Positions 50,103-61,730 of a stretch of DNA of 64,000 bases are shown here, piece by piece. The DNA comes from Callorhinchus milii (taxonomy: Eukaryota). Position 1 is the first letter of the stretch; every line of letters starts with the position of its first letter. The stretch covers positions 5,768,001 to 5,832,000 of the forward strand of contig NW_024704743.1 of the NCBI RefSeq assembly GCF_018977255.1, written 5' to 3'. The notes under the pieces were generated by a model, which ran no database searches, was not told the DNA's origin, and saw only the letters and a list, made by a program, of their open reading frames with translations. The translations under genes were made by a program, and so were the position numbers.

Positions 50103-51849
50103 AGGTCTGGAGGTTCAAGTGGATGTTAAAGATCCTATGGTACTGTTCGAAAAGAGAAAAGAGTTTATTCTGGTGTCCTGGCCAACAAATCCCCCAAATA
50201 AAATTAGTCACTCACTCCAAGGTTGTTTATTACTGCCGCATGTCGCCCACAAAATAGACAGTCAAACCACTTTACAATACAACCCGTGAAGCGCTTTGAG
50301 ACAAATCGATGATGTGTTAAAGCGTGTATCAAATGCAAGGATTATTATTATATTATCTCCCAATGCTTAGCTACCACAGGACCTCTCCTGTGAAATCCTT
50401 CGAGATATTTTCCTGCGTGTGAGTGAAAGTGCGAGTTGTTGTAATAAAGTATAGAATGATAATTTACCCAATGCTCTGTACACAATGCATCAATCAAGAG
50501 GTGAAATTCTAGGTATTTAGGAGTCAGTAATGATTTCATGTAAGGTAGGATTTCAAATTCCCAAATGTCATGTGGATAAATTAAGACCATGTTGTTTCTA
50601 TGCTTCTAGATAAAATGAAAGGTATTAAGCATGACAGTTTAAAAGTAACGTTAGAATTATGATTAATGAAAGCTGTTAGAAGTTGTTTTGATATTGGGCT
50701 GCCAACTGTTACCATCAAACATATGGTTGGAAGTTCCACCTGCAAATAATCTGACTCGTATGGTATGACCCAGTCACCCCTTGACTCTGCCACTGTGGTT
50801 TTGACAAAACCGCCCGTTCTGCCCATTGAACTAATAATAATAATTGGCTAAAACTGTTGGATAATAATAATAATCATCATCATCCTTACATTTAGTATAG
50901 TAACTTTTACATGAGGGGAACGTCTCAAAGCGCTTCATGGGATATACTGCAAAGTGGAGTGTGCTTTTGGGGGCAAACGAGGTAACCAATTTGTGCACAG
51001 CAATGTCCCACAATCAGCCATTGGAGTGAGTGACCAATTTTATTTTGGGGAATTGTACATACTGAAGGAGAAAGGAATAGAAGGATATGGGAGAGGGGAA
51101 TAGGAGAATATAACAGGAGGATATAGGAGAGGGGAATAGGTGCGGTGGAACTCATGTGGAGTATAAATAACCAACACAGATTAGCTGGGCTGAATGGCTT
51201 GTTTCTGTGGTGTAATGTTCTATGTTGTCACTTTAAATTGAAATTTTTAAGTGCAGTGTTTAAAATTACATTTTAAAATGGCATTTTTTCTTGTTTAAGT
51301 TTGTTTTAATTCATAAAGCAAATGCAGTCAGTGGGTTTAGTATTCAGGCTGGTGTGGTCTGAAACAAGCCCTTGAAAGCTCTCAAAGTCAAAGTAAACCA
51401 CAACAATCATCTTTTTACTATCAGTGCTTAAGAAAAAGTCTAACTCAGCAAGATTCTTAGTGAGTTTTACAATGTAAACAAAAGACAACATATGTAATAA
51501 GGAAATTATTATGATTGAGTAGGCAACTGTTACATCAACAATGAGGTATCATGGTGAAAAAAACAATGTCTCATAACATATTCAATGGATATTATTAGGA
51601 TATGAAAAGAAAGATGATCTGGCGATTTTATAAAACGTTTACAAAGCTTTTACAATGCAATAACTCCTGCATGCATGTTCGTAACTCATTGCAAACTTTG
51701 TAACTAGTTAATGGTAATATTTGAACATGATATTTATAATATAATATAATATAATATCTGAGCAGTTACACCAAGCTGCCAAAATAAATTCCACTCTGCT
51801 CTGAACAATAAAGCAATGTAAGCTCTGTCCCGACTAAATCACAGCTACC

Positions 51850-52495
51850 GTAGAACCATATAAATATACAGCACAGCGGAAGGCCATCCAGCCCATTATT
51901 TTGGTTGGTGTTTGTTCCTTGACAAAGCCTTACTCCATTTCCAATTCGTTCCTCTTACCTCGTACACTCCAATATCCTTCCTCTGCAATGCGCTTGTAAA
52001 ATTCTTTATCAAGTGACTCCAATTGACTCTACTCTAACAGCCTGAGCTGGAAAATCAATCCATACTCTGACCACTCTCTGGGAGAAGTTTTTTCCAAATC
52101 TCTCCTTTTACTCCGTTAGATACAATCTTGAATTCATGCCCTGTTGCCCTTGATTATCCTACCAGTGTAAAATAGGTTTCTGGATTAATTCCCTCAACCC
52201 CTTTTATTATCTCAAATAACCTTCTTTGTTCTAATGGGAGAGCTCCTAATCTCTCTTGTCTTGTTTTACAGTTTATCCTTTCATCTCTGGTATCATCCTT
52301 GTGAACTTGCACTGTATCTTGTCCATTTCTGTAATATCCTTTCTTGGTGCACACAATATTCCATCTGTGCACACAATATTCCATCTGTGCCCTCAATGTA
52401 TTATACATAGCTCTCATCACTTCCTTATTCTTTTGAATGGTTTGGAATATTAATAGCCTTCCCTATCTGTAATCCCACTTTCAATGAATTACTTG
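51850..52495 (-). mobile_element. CR1-type LINE 3' fragment (old)
   Basis: RQERLGALPLEQRRLFEIIKGVEGINPETYF matches the CR1 ORF2 C-terminal region. Confidence 0.7.
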
Positions 52496-52496
52496 G

Positions 52497-53388
52497 GGAG
52501 TCCTGTAGCTCAGTGGTTAGAGCACTGATAATAATCCCTCAAAAAAAAATTGACTGTTTGTGGGACACTGCTGTGCGCAATTGGCTGTCACATTTCACCC
52601 ATAAATATACAGTCAATTCATTTTACAGTCTATTCTGTGAAGCGCTTTAAGACGTCTAGAAGACATGAAAAGCGCTATATCAAATGCAAGGATTATTATT
52701 ATTATTATTATCATTATTATTACTTGCCTCACAAGTGAGAGATCTGGGTTTGATTCCCAGGCAGGACAAAATGTTGGGCAAGTTTCCTTACTCCACACGC
52801 CTCTGCGTACCCAGCAGTAAGTAGGAACCCGGTTGTTAGTCAATTGGTGGATCGCTTTTCTGAGTGTAATAATTCCTTCAAAAATAAACACTATTATTAA
52901 TAAATTGGTCACTTCGATCCATGACTGTTTGTGGGACAACAACAACAAAATTATATTTGTATTGCGCCTTTCACGTTGGGAGGATATCTCAAGGCGCTAG
53001 ACAGTCAATGTTTCGGACCCGAGCTGGGGGGTCGGGATTGAGGGGTTGGCGGGCCGCGGAGAAGCAGGGTGATCAAAAGCACGGTCGAAGAGGAGGGTCT
53101 TGAGATGGGTCTTGAAGGAGGCAAGGGAGAGGGCAAGGTGAAGGGACTGCGGGATGGCGTTCCAGAGGGTATGGGCAGAGTGGCAGAAGACCCACCAATG
53201 GGGTCGGGGGACGTGACGCATGCCAGAGCATGCAGTGTAGACACTGCTGTGCGCAATTAGCTGTTGCGTTTTGCCCACAAAATATACAGTCAATTCACTC
53301 TACAGTATATTCTGTGAAGCGCTTTGAGATGTCTCGAACACGTGATAAAGCACTATATGAAATGCAAGGATTATTATTATTATTATTA
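52497..53388 (+). mobile_element. Nested cluster: long SINE interrupted by a truncated SINE and by a minus-strand L2 3' end
   Basis: Head 52497-52526, inserted SINE about 52527-52720, host resumes about 52722-52936, L2 (-) about 52937-53238, host tail about 53240-53388. Confidence 0.8.
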
Positions 53389-53636
53389 ACCATTACCCTG
53401 TAGCTGACTGCTTTTTATAGCATTTGTCTAGTTTCCTCTTGAAGGCCAATATGGATTTTGCCTCTCTACCACTCCTGTTTGCTTGTTTACTAATTATCTT
53501 AACTTGCTGCCCTCTGGTTACTGACTCACAAACCAGTGGAAGTAATTTCTCCCTATTGACTCTATCAAAAACCCTCATAATTTAAACACCTGTATCAGGT
53601 CACCCCTCAACCTTCTTTGTTCCAGAGAAAAGAGTT

Positions 53637-56017
53637 ACATAAGAACATAAGAAATAGGAGCAGGAGTAGGCCATTCGGCCCCTCGAGCCTGCCCCGCCAT
53701 TTAATAAGATCGTGGCTAATCTTCTAACCTAATTCCATTTACCTGCCCTATCCCCATATCCCTTAATCCCTTTCGTTTTTAAAAATCTATTGATCTCAGT
53801 CGTGAATATGTTCAATGACTGAGCATCCACAGCCTTCTGGGGTAGAGAATTCCATAAATTCACTACCCTCTGAGTGAAGAAATGTTTTCTCAACTCAGTT
53901 CTAAAAGGCTGACCTATAATCCTGAGACTATAACCCCTAGTTTTACATTCTCCAACCAAGAGAAACAGTCTCACTATCTACCCTGTCAAGACCCTTAAAA
54001 ATCTTATAGGTTTCCATAAGATCATCTCTAATTCTTCTATATTCTAGAGAATATAGTCCTAGTCTACTCAACTTCTCCTCGTAGGTCAACCCCTCATCCC
54101 AGGGACCAACCTAGTGAACCTTTCTTAGATAAGGAGACCAAAACTGCACACAATATTCCAGGTGCGGTCTCACCAAGGTCCTATACAATTGCAGTAAGAC
54201 TTCCCTACTCTTGTACTCTGACCCCTTTGCAATAAACATTAACATGCTATTAGCCTTCCTAATTGCTGCTGTACCTGCATACTAACTTTATGTGATTGGT
54301 GTACAAGGACACCTAAATCCCTCTGAATATTAACACTATCTCGTCTCTCCCCCTCTAAAAAATGATCTGCTTGTCTATTTTTTCTACCTAGGTGAATAAC
54401 TTCACACTTCCCCACATTATACTCCATCTGCCACCTCCTTGCCCACTCAGTTAACCTGTCTATATCCCTTTGCATCCTCCTTGTGTCCTCCTCACAGCTT
54501 ACTTTCCCTCCTACCTTTGTATCATCTGCGAATTGAGATACACGAAGCTCTATTTCCTCATCTAATTAATTGATGTAGACTAAACAGTTGCGGCCCAAGC
54601 ACTGATCCTTACGGCACTCCACTAGTCACAACCTGCCAGTCTGAGAAGGCCCCGTTTATCCCCACTCTCTGTTTTCTGCCTGTTAACCACTCTGCGATCC
54701 AACCTAATATATTACCCTTAATTCCATGCGCCCTAATCCTATGTAACAATCTTTTCATGTGGCACTTTATCGAATACCTTCTGAAAACCTAAGTACACTA
54801 TATCCATTGGTTCCTCCCTATCTAACCTGCTAGTTACATCTTCAAAAAATTCTTAAAAGATTTGTTAAACACGATTTCCCTTTCATAAAGCCGCGTTCAC
54901 TCTGCCTAATCATATTAATAATAATCCTTGCATTTATGACTGTCTAAGTGCCCCACAATGGCATCCCTAATTATAGACTCTAGAATTTTCCTTATCACCG
55001 ATGTCAGGCTAATTGGTCTATAGCTCCCCATTTTTTTTCCCCCACCCTTCTTAAATAGCGGTGTTATGTTTGCGATCATCCAATCAACAGGAACCATTCC
55101 AGAATCCAGGGAATTCTGGAAAATCAAAAACAATGCATCCACTATCTCTGCAGCCACCTCTTTTAAAACCCTAGAATGCAGGCCATCAAGTCCAGGGGAT
55201 TTATTAGTTTTTAGTCCCATCAATTTCTCTTTACTGATATTAATTTCTTTAAGTTCCGCACTAACATTAGTCTCTTGGTTCCCCACTATTTCTGGTAAGT
55301 TTTTAGTATCTTCCAACGCGAAGACAGAAGCAAAGTATTTGTTATTGACTCTGCTATTTCTTTATTCCCCATTATAATTTCTCCTGTCTCTGCCTGTAAG
55401 GGACCCACATTTACTTTTGTTAATCTCGTCCTCTTTATATACTTGTAAAAGCTCTTACAATCTGTCTTTATTGCTAGTTTATTCTCATATTCCATTTTCT
55501 CCTTCTTAATCAGTTTCTTGGTTATCCTTTGCTGATCTCTAAAGCCCTCCCAATCCTCAGGTTTACAACTCTTTTTGGCAATATTATAGGCCTCTTCTTT
55601 TAATTTTATACTTTCCTTAACTTCTCTAGTTAGCCATGGTTGAACCACTTTTCCTGTGGAATTTTTATTTCTCAAGGGAATACGCGTTCATTGGGAATTA
55701 TCTAATATATCTTTGAACGTTTGCCATTGCTTGGCTACCGTCATATCTTTTAAACTATTTTCCCAGTTTATTTTAACCAAATCGTCCCTCATACCTGCAA
55801 AGTTGGCTTTATTTAAGTTTAAGACCCGTGTTTCAAACTTAACTACATCACTCTCTCAAACTTGATATTAAATTCCATCATATTATGGTCATTCTGCCCT
55901 AGAGGAGCTTTAACGTCAAGATTACTGATTAGCCTTGCTTTGTTACACAATACAAAGTCGAGCATAGCGTGTTCCCTGTTTGGTTCCTCAGCATACTGTT
56001 TTAGAAAACTACCTCTA
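53637..56017 (-). mobile_element. CR1 LINE, about 2.4 kb, 5'-truncated, degenerate ORF2 (end of endonuclease, RT, C-terminus, 3'UTR)
   Basis: KSPGLDGLHSRVLKE, YRPISLTSV, WQMEYNVGKCEVIHLG and RKHFFTQRVVNLWNSLP, with a TTCTTATG-type tail. Abuts another CR1 fragment at 53390-53636. Confidence 0.93.
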
Positions 56018-57994
56018 ATGCAGTTCCAGTTCCTTCAGTCTCTACTCTTAGGCCAAACCACTCATCCCCAATATTATCCTCGTAAACTAATACAGCAACT
56101 GTGGGAATTGCAATGTCAGAGTTTCTCAATGGAGATTCAGTCATGGTAACTGGCTCAGAACACATAATTGTGGAAGTTATGGAAAGGTCATCGTTGTTAG
56201 CATCAGTGTTGTCTGAGCATGCAGAGCTGCAGTCAGGCTGTAGTCCAATATCCACTACTCCATCCCAATCCTTCCTCACTCATTCTTGCAATGCGTAGAA
56301 TGTCATGGGACAGAAGGCCATTCAGCCATTGAGTCTGTCTTGAGATTCAAATAAAGAAATATCCATTTAGTTTCACTCCCTGCCTTTTCTCCTTGCAGAA
56401 TCCCTGCATTTGACATCAAATATCTCAAAGCCCTTCATGGGATTATACTGTAAAGTGTGGTGACTGGGTATTCGTAGGCAAATGCAGCAGACAATTTACA
56501 TACAGCAATGCCCCACAAACAGCTTGTACTTTGAATTGTGAATTTGGCTGGCACTGAGCCCTGAATCCAGTTCTTAGAAATGTATTGCAAACCAACGAAT
56601 AGTTTGGACCAGTGGTTTTAAAATCCTTTCTTTTAAACAAAACCATAAGGAAATATAACTTTCAGATGGTGTTTAGCCCTAACATGGGGTGTACCTACTG
56701 TGATCTGGACTGAGATGAAATGAACTGCAATAGAAAAACTGCAGCTAAAAATTAATCTGAAAGTTATAACTTAGTACAGACGGGATTTCAAGGAGGATAA
56801 AAGGAAAAAGCAGAAGTGAGCAGCCTCGTTGGGTAGATTTGGGGAAATAGAAATATTTTATGTTTTTTGGTTCTCTTTTCTCAGGTAATCTGTAGCAAAA
56901 ATAACAGGGGTCGTTGCTTTGGCAACTGTAGAAAATCAGTATTCTATTATAATATTTAATTAGTAATATTTAACAACAACAACTTGCATTGACAATAGTG
57001 CTCTTCATGCAGGGTAGCGTTTCAGAGGACTTGAACATTACTTTCCAGCAAGATGGCCGGCCTTCAGATCAGGCATTAAACAGAGGTCCCACCCGTCTGT
57101 CCAGGCAGATGTTAAAGATCCCATGGCACCATTCACAAAGAAAAGGGAGTTTCTCCCAGTGTCTTGGCCAACAATCCTCCAGATAAAATTGAACATTTAC
57201 TTCATGGCTGTCCATGGGATATTGCTGTGCACAAAATTGGCTGCCTCATTTGCCTATAAATGCATAGTCACTGCATCTTACAGTAAGCCTGTGAAGTGCT
57301 TTAACACATCTTGCTGATGTGAAAGGCGCAATAGCAAATGCAAGAATTATGATTATTATTAATAATAAAGAGCAAAAAAATTGAGCATAGTTATACTAAA
57401 TACTATGACAAACCAAGTCTTGTTTTTAGTTTTGGAATCAATCTTCGTTCACCAAGCTTCCCTATGGAATATTGAAGGTAGCCCATCAATAATTACAATA
57501 AAATAATCTTTGCATTTGATATAGTGCCTTTCACGTCAAAACAAGATAAAGCACTTCAGAGGATATTACAAGAGCAATGGCAGTGTATTTTGAAGATAAT
57601 GCAGTTGTCAACAATTTCAACACAGTAGTCAACACAGCAATTTCCCACAAACAGACATGAAATAAATTTTATCCATGAGATTGTTGGCCAGGACTCGGGG
57701 AGAAATTTCCTCTTCATTTCAAATAGTACCATGGGAACCATGCTGCCTAGTTACATTTCTCTTTAATTTTGTTAGGAAGCTTGAGTATATAATAATAATG
57801 TGAGGGACATCCTAAAAGTAACGCCTCCTTGCTATTTTCGCAAAATTCTTTAATTGTTAACTTACAAAACTTAACATACAATAATAGTCCTTGCATTTGA
57901 TATGGCGCTTTATCACATCTTCGAGACGTCTCAAAGCGCTTCACAGAATATATTGTAAAGTGAATTGTCTGTATATTTTGTGGGTGAAAAGTAG

Positions 57995-58212
57995 AGGCAA
58001 AAGAAGATTTTTTAAATACACCAGTGCACTTAATTTTCCACAAAGTAAGCCTCACAATCTACACAATTGTGCCACTGTGGAACCAGTGTCAGTGTGTCAT
58101 TACAGTAAAATGATGTGCAAATGGCCTCTCTGGTTTCCTTGTGAAACACAATTAACATTCGTGGAACCCACCGAGCACAAACTTTAGCGTAACCAAGGTT
58201 ACCAATAATCAC
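57995..58212 (-). mobile_element. Internally deleted mariner (Tc1/mariner) transposase remnant
   Basis: LGYAKVCARWVPRML (mariner WVP motif) is joined in frame to LVPQWHNCVDCEAYFVEN*, a mariner-type C-terminus. Flanked by SINEs. Confidence 0.8.
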
Positions 58213-59892
58213 CTCTATAATAATAATAATAATAATCTTTGCATTTGATATAGCGCCTTATCATGTCTTCAAGACTTCTCAAAGTGTTTCACAGAATATA
58301 CTGTAAAGTGAATTGAAAGTGAATTGGCGAAACATGGCAGCCAATTACGCACAGAGGTGTCCCACAAATAGTCATGGATTGAGTGACCAATGTATTATTT
58401 CTTATTATCAGGCATGTGGAGTAAGGAAACTTCCTTTCCTTTCTCAAATTTCGCCCTCCCGGGAATCGAACATTCTCACTTGCGAGCTGAGTGCCCTAAC
58501 TGCTGAGCTACAGTTCTCCATGGTTGAGTTACTCAATAAAGAGGAATATTCTCTTCCTGTTCTTATGTTCTTAATCAACAAATAAATAGTGGTCAGAAGG
58601 AATTATTACCACCAGAAAAGCGATTCGCCAATCGACTAACAACGGTGCCCTGTGTCTCCATTTAGTTAGAAGTAAACAAAACTTTCACAGCAGGGATGAG
58701 ATATGTAAAAGTATCTTTTGCATTTTTTTCCGTTACTGTACCATTTATCATTCTTCACTAAATAAATAGGAGGCATTACTTTTATCGTGTGTCCCTCGTA
58801 ATAATCCTTACATATGGTATCCTGCGTTTCATGTCAGGTAGGCATCTTAACACATCATTTTATTGTAAAAATAATGATTGCTGCAGCACATTTATGCACA
58901 GCAATATCCCACAAAAATGTGAATGGCCAATTTTATTTGGGGAATTGTTGTCCAAGGCACAGAGAAGAACTCCCTTCCCTTTTCGAATAGTGTCATGGGA
59001 TCTTTAATGTCCATTCAAACAGGCGTACAGGACTTCAGTTTGATGTCATTTTTTGGTCAGCTGGGTATCTGACACATGCGGAAATCCATCACCATGCTTA
59101 AGAGTATCCGAACCAAACAGAGTTCCATGCATCCCACCTATACCTGGAAATTCCTGGATGAAATGTGTTGGAATTGGAATGGAATGCATATTCTCTCCCT
59201 GGAAGGACACATCCTGCTTTACCTAATCCCAGATAGTATTAAACACAGGTTGGCAAGAGCCAAGACTTGGGGACCCCAGTGTTTGCATTGGGATACTGAA
59301 TGAGTCTAAAATCACATAGCTTGCCATTGAGAATGCTGCCTGGCAAGCTTTCCTGCTGTTTGTCCAGTTAGGACAACTCTCGGGCTTTGGCTTGCAGGGT
59401 TAATGGGAGCTGAGTGGGAAGACATCAAACTGAAGTCCTGTACGCCTGGCACCAGTTACTGGTCTACCTTTCCAAGTCCTGCCAATGAGCCAGCCTGACC
59501 GGGCCCTGGAATACTGCGAACACACCTACCAGGAACTGGACTAATGAGATCACCACAGAAGGCTGGCTCAGTTCTGATCTTCCATTGCCAAACATGTCAC
59601 CTTGGAGCCAGCTCAGCTCCAAGAAGACCCTGCTTACCCCACAAAGAGAATAGTCCGTATAGCATACCCCAACCCAATATGAAAAATGAAGAGTCCGCAG
59701 AAATTGCAAGCGAAGGGGATTAGACCTGATAGCAACAGTAGGCAAACTAGCACAAGTGCAATAACCAACTTCAGTGTTGTAAAAGTTCTATGCTTTTATG
59801 ATATCAGTTATGTCGCAAAGTTTCACATTTTTAGCTCAAAGTTGTGGCTGATGTTGGTAAGTAGGAATAATACTTATTGGATAAGTAATACC

Positions 59893-60572
59893 TCCGGAAT
59901 ATCGCCAGACTACGGCACTACCTCACCCCTCACGCTGCTGAAACTCTGGTCCACACCTTTATCACCTCAAGGCTGGACTATGGGAACTCTCTCCTCGCCG
60001 GCCTTCCCGGCACCTCCCTCCACACTGCAGGTCATTCAGAACTCTGCAGCTCGTGTACTGTCCCGCACCAGGCTTCGCGACCACATCACTCCCACCCTCG
60101 CTCGCCTCCACTGGCTCCCCATCCCCCAGAGGATCGAATTCAAGATCCTCATCCTCACCTACAAGGCCATTCACGGCCTCGCTCCCTCCTACCTCTCTGA
60201 CCTACTATTCCCCTACCTACCTGCCCGTACCCTCCGTTCCTCTGGCTCCGGTCTGCTCCACATCCCCCGCCCCAACCGCCCTACCATCGGTGGCCGGGCC
60301 TTCAGCCTCTCAGCCCCTAGGCTCTGGAACTCCATCCCCCAGTGCCTACGCCTTGCCTCCTCCCTTTCCTCCTTCAAGGCCGGTCTCAAGACCTTTCTCT
60401 TTGACCGGCCTTCAGCTCCCCTCTCGACTCTCTACCCCCTCCTCGCTCCCTCCCTTCCCTCACCCTGACCATTTCCCCCCTGCTCGGGTTCTGACCCAAC
60501 TGTACAGCGCCTTGGGACATCCTCCCGACGTGAAAGGCGCTCTATAAATGGAATCTTGTTGTTGTTGTTGTA
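59893..60572 (+). mobile_element. L2 LINE 3' fragment, relatively young
   Basis: Long open stretch [12 protein letters not shown]...[15 protein letters not shown]...GGRAFSLSAPRLWNSIP...FKAGLKTFLF, with an intact stem-loop tail and (TTG)n. Confidence 0.93.
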
Positions 60573-60784
60573 TTGCTAATCTAATGTTCAGGGATACGTC
60601 AACAAACTGTTCACTTAAGGTCTGTGCAGGGGATGGAGAATTGGGGAGAGAACATGTATGAGGAAGTAGGGTGGAGGTCTCTATGTAAATATAGTGCAAA
60701 AAATGCAGCACTCATAGATATTAAAAGTATATGGTGATAATGTTTTTCTGCAGAGCTTCTCACTGAGGGACACAACACACCCCA

Positions 60785-61100
60785 TTATAATAATAATAAT
60801 CCTTGCATTTGATATAGCGCTTTTCACGTCTTCTAGACGTATCATAGCGCTTCACAGAATATTCTGTAAAGTGAATTGACCGTATATTTGTGGGCAAAAC
60901 TCGGCAGCCAATTGCGCACAGCAGCGTCCCACAGACAGTCGTGGATTGAAAATGACCGATTTATTATTGTTTTGTTTTTTGGAGGGATTATTATTAGGCG
61001 TGTGGAGTAAGGAAACTTGCCCAAGGTTTCGCCCTGCCTGGAATTGAAGCCAGGTGTCTTCACTTGCAAGGCGGGCGCTCTAACCACTGAGCTACAGGAT
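60785..61100 (-). mobile_element. tRNA-derived SINE, short form
   Basis: Head and tail as in the other copies. Confidence 0.9.
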
Positions 61101-61109
61101 CCACGACAT

Positions 61110-61730
61110 TACAACCACCACAAAATTTGTAAAGCGCCTTTCACATCAGGAAACGTCCCAAGGCGCTGAACAGTCAGAGATCAGGACCCGAGGGTGGGCG
61201 GCAGGGTTGGGATGAGGGAGGGCAAAAGGAGTAGGAGGGGGCAAGGCTGTGGAGGGCCTTGAAAGTGAGGACGAGGATTTCGAATTGCATCTGAGGGATG
61301 GGGAGCCAGTGGAGTCAGGTGAGGGTGGGGGTGATGGGGTCACGGAACCTGGTGCGAGAGAGAACACGAGCTGCAGAGTTCTGGATGATCTGCAACTTGT
61401 GGAGGGAAGAGTTGGCGAGGCCGACAAGGAGGGAGTTTCCGTAGTCGAGCCTTGAGGTGACGAATGCGTGTATGAGGGTTTCTGCGGCCTGAGGGGTGAG
61501 GCAGTGGCGGAGTCGGGCGATGTTGCGGAGTTGGGGGAAGGCAGAGCGGGTCATGGCACGGATACGGGGGAGAAAGGACAGTTGAGGGTCGAACAAGACG
61601 CCCAAGTTCCTAACTGGTTTGGTGAGGTGGAGTGTGTAACTGTGTATGCTGATGCTGCCAGTGCCTGAGGTGCTGGCGTGACCCAATTTGGAAGGCCAGG
61701 TCTTGCTGACATTTAGCTGCAGAAAGCTGA
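61110..61730 (-). mobile_element. L2 LINE 3' fragment with internal deletion
   Basis: VRNLGVLFDPQLSF...[20 protein letters not shown]. Confidence 0.9.

Noticed and set aside
56020..56290. Open frames on both strands next to the CR1 5' end
   Set aside because: No recognisable motif or convincing splice sites. It may be an unidentified TE piece.
59450..59660. Coding-looking GC-balanced stretch
   Set aside because: Multiple in-frame stops and no identifiable family.
59686..60468. 260-aa ORF and similar L2-derived ORFs (26000-26674, 36242-36952, 40460-41218, 44948-45649) as host genes
   Set aside because: They are L2 ORF2 C-terminal fragments fused by chance to flanking sequence.
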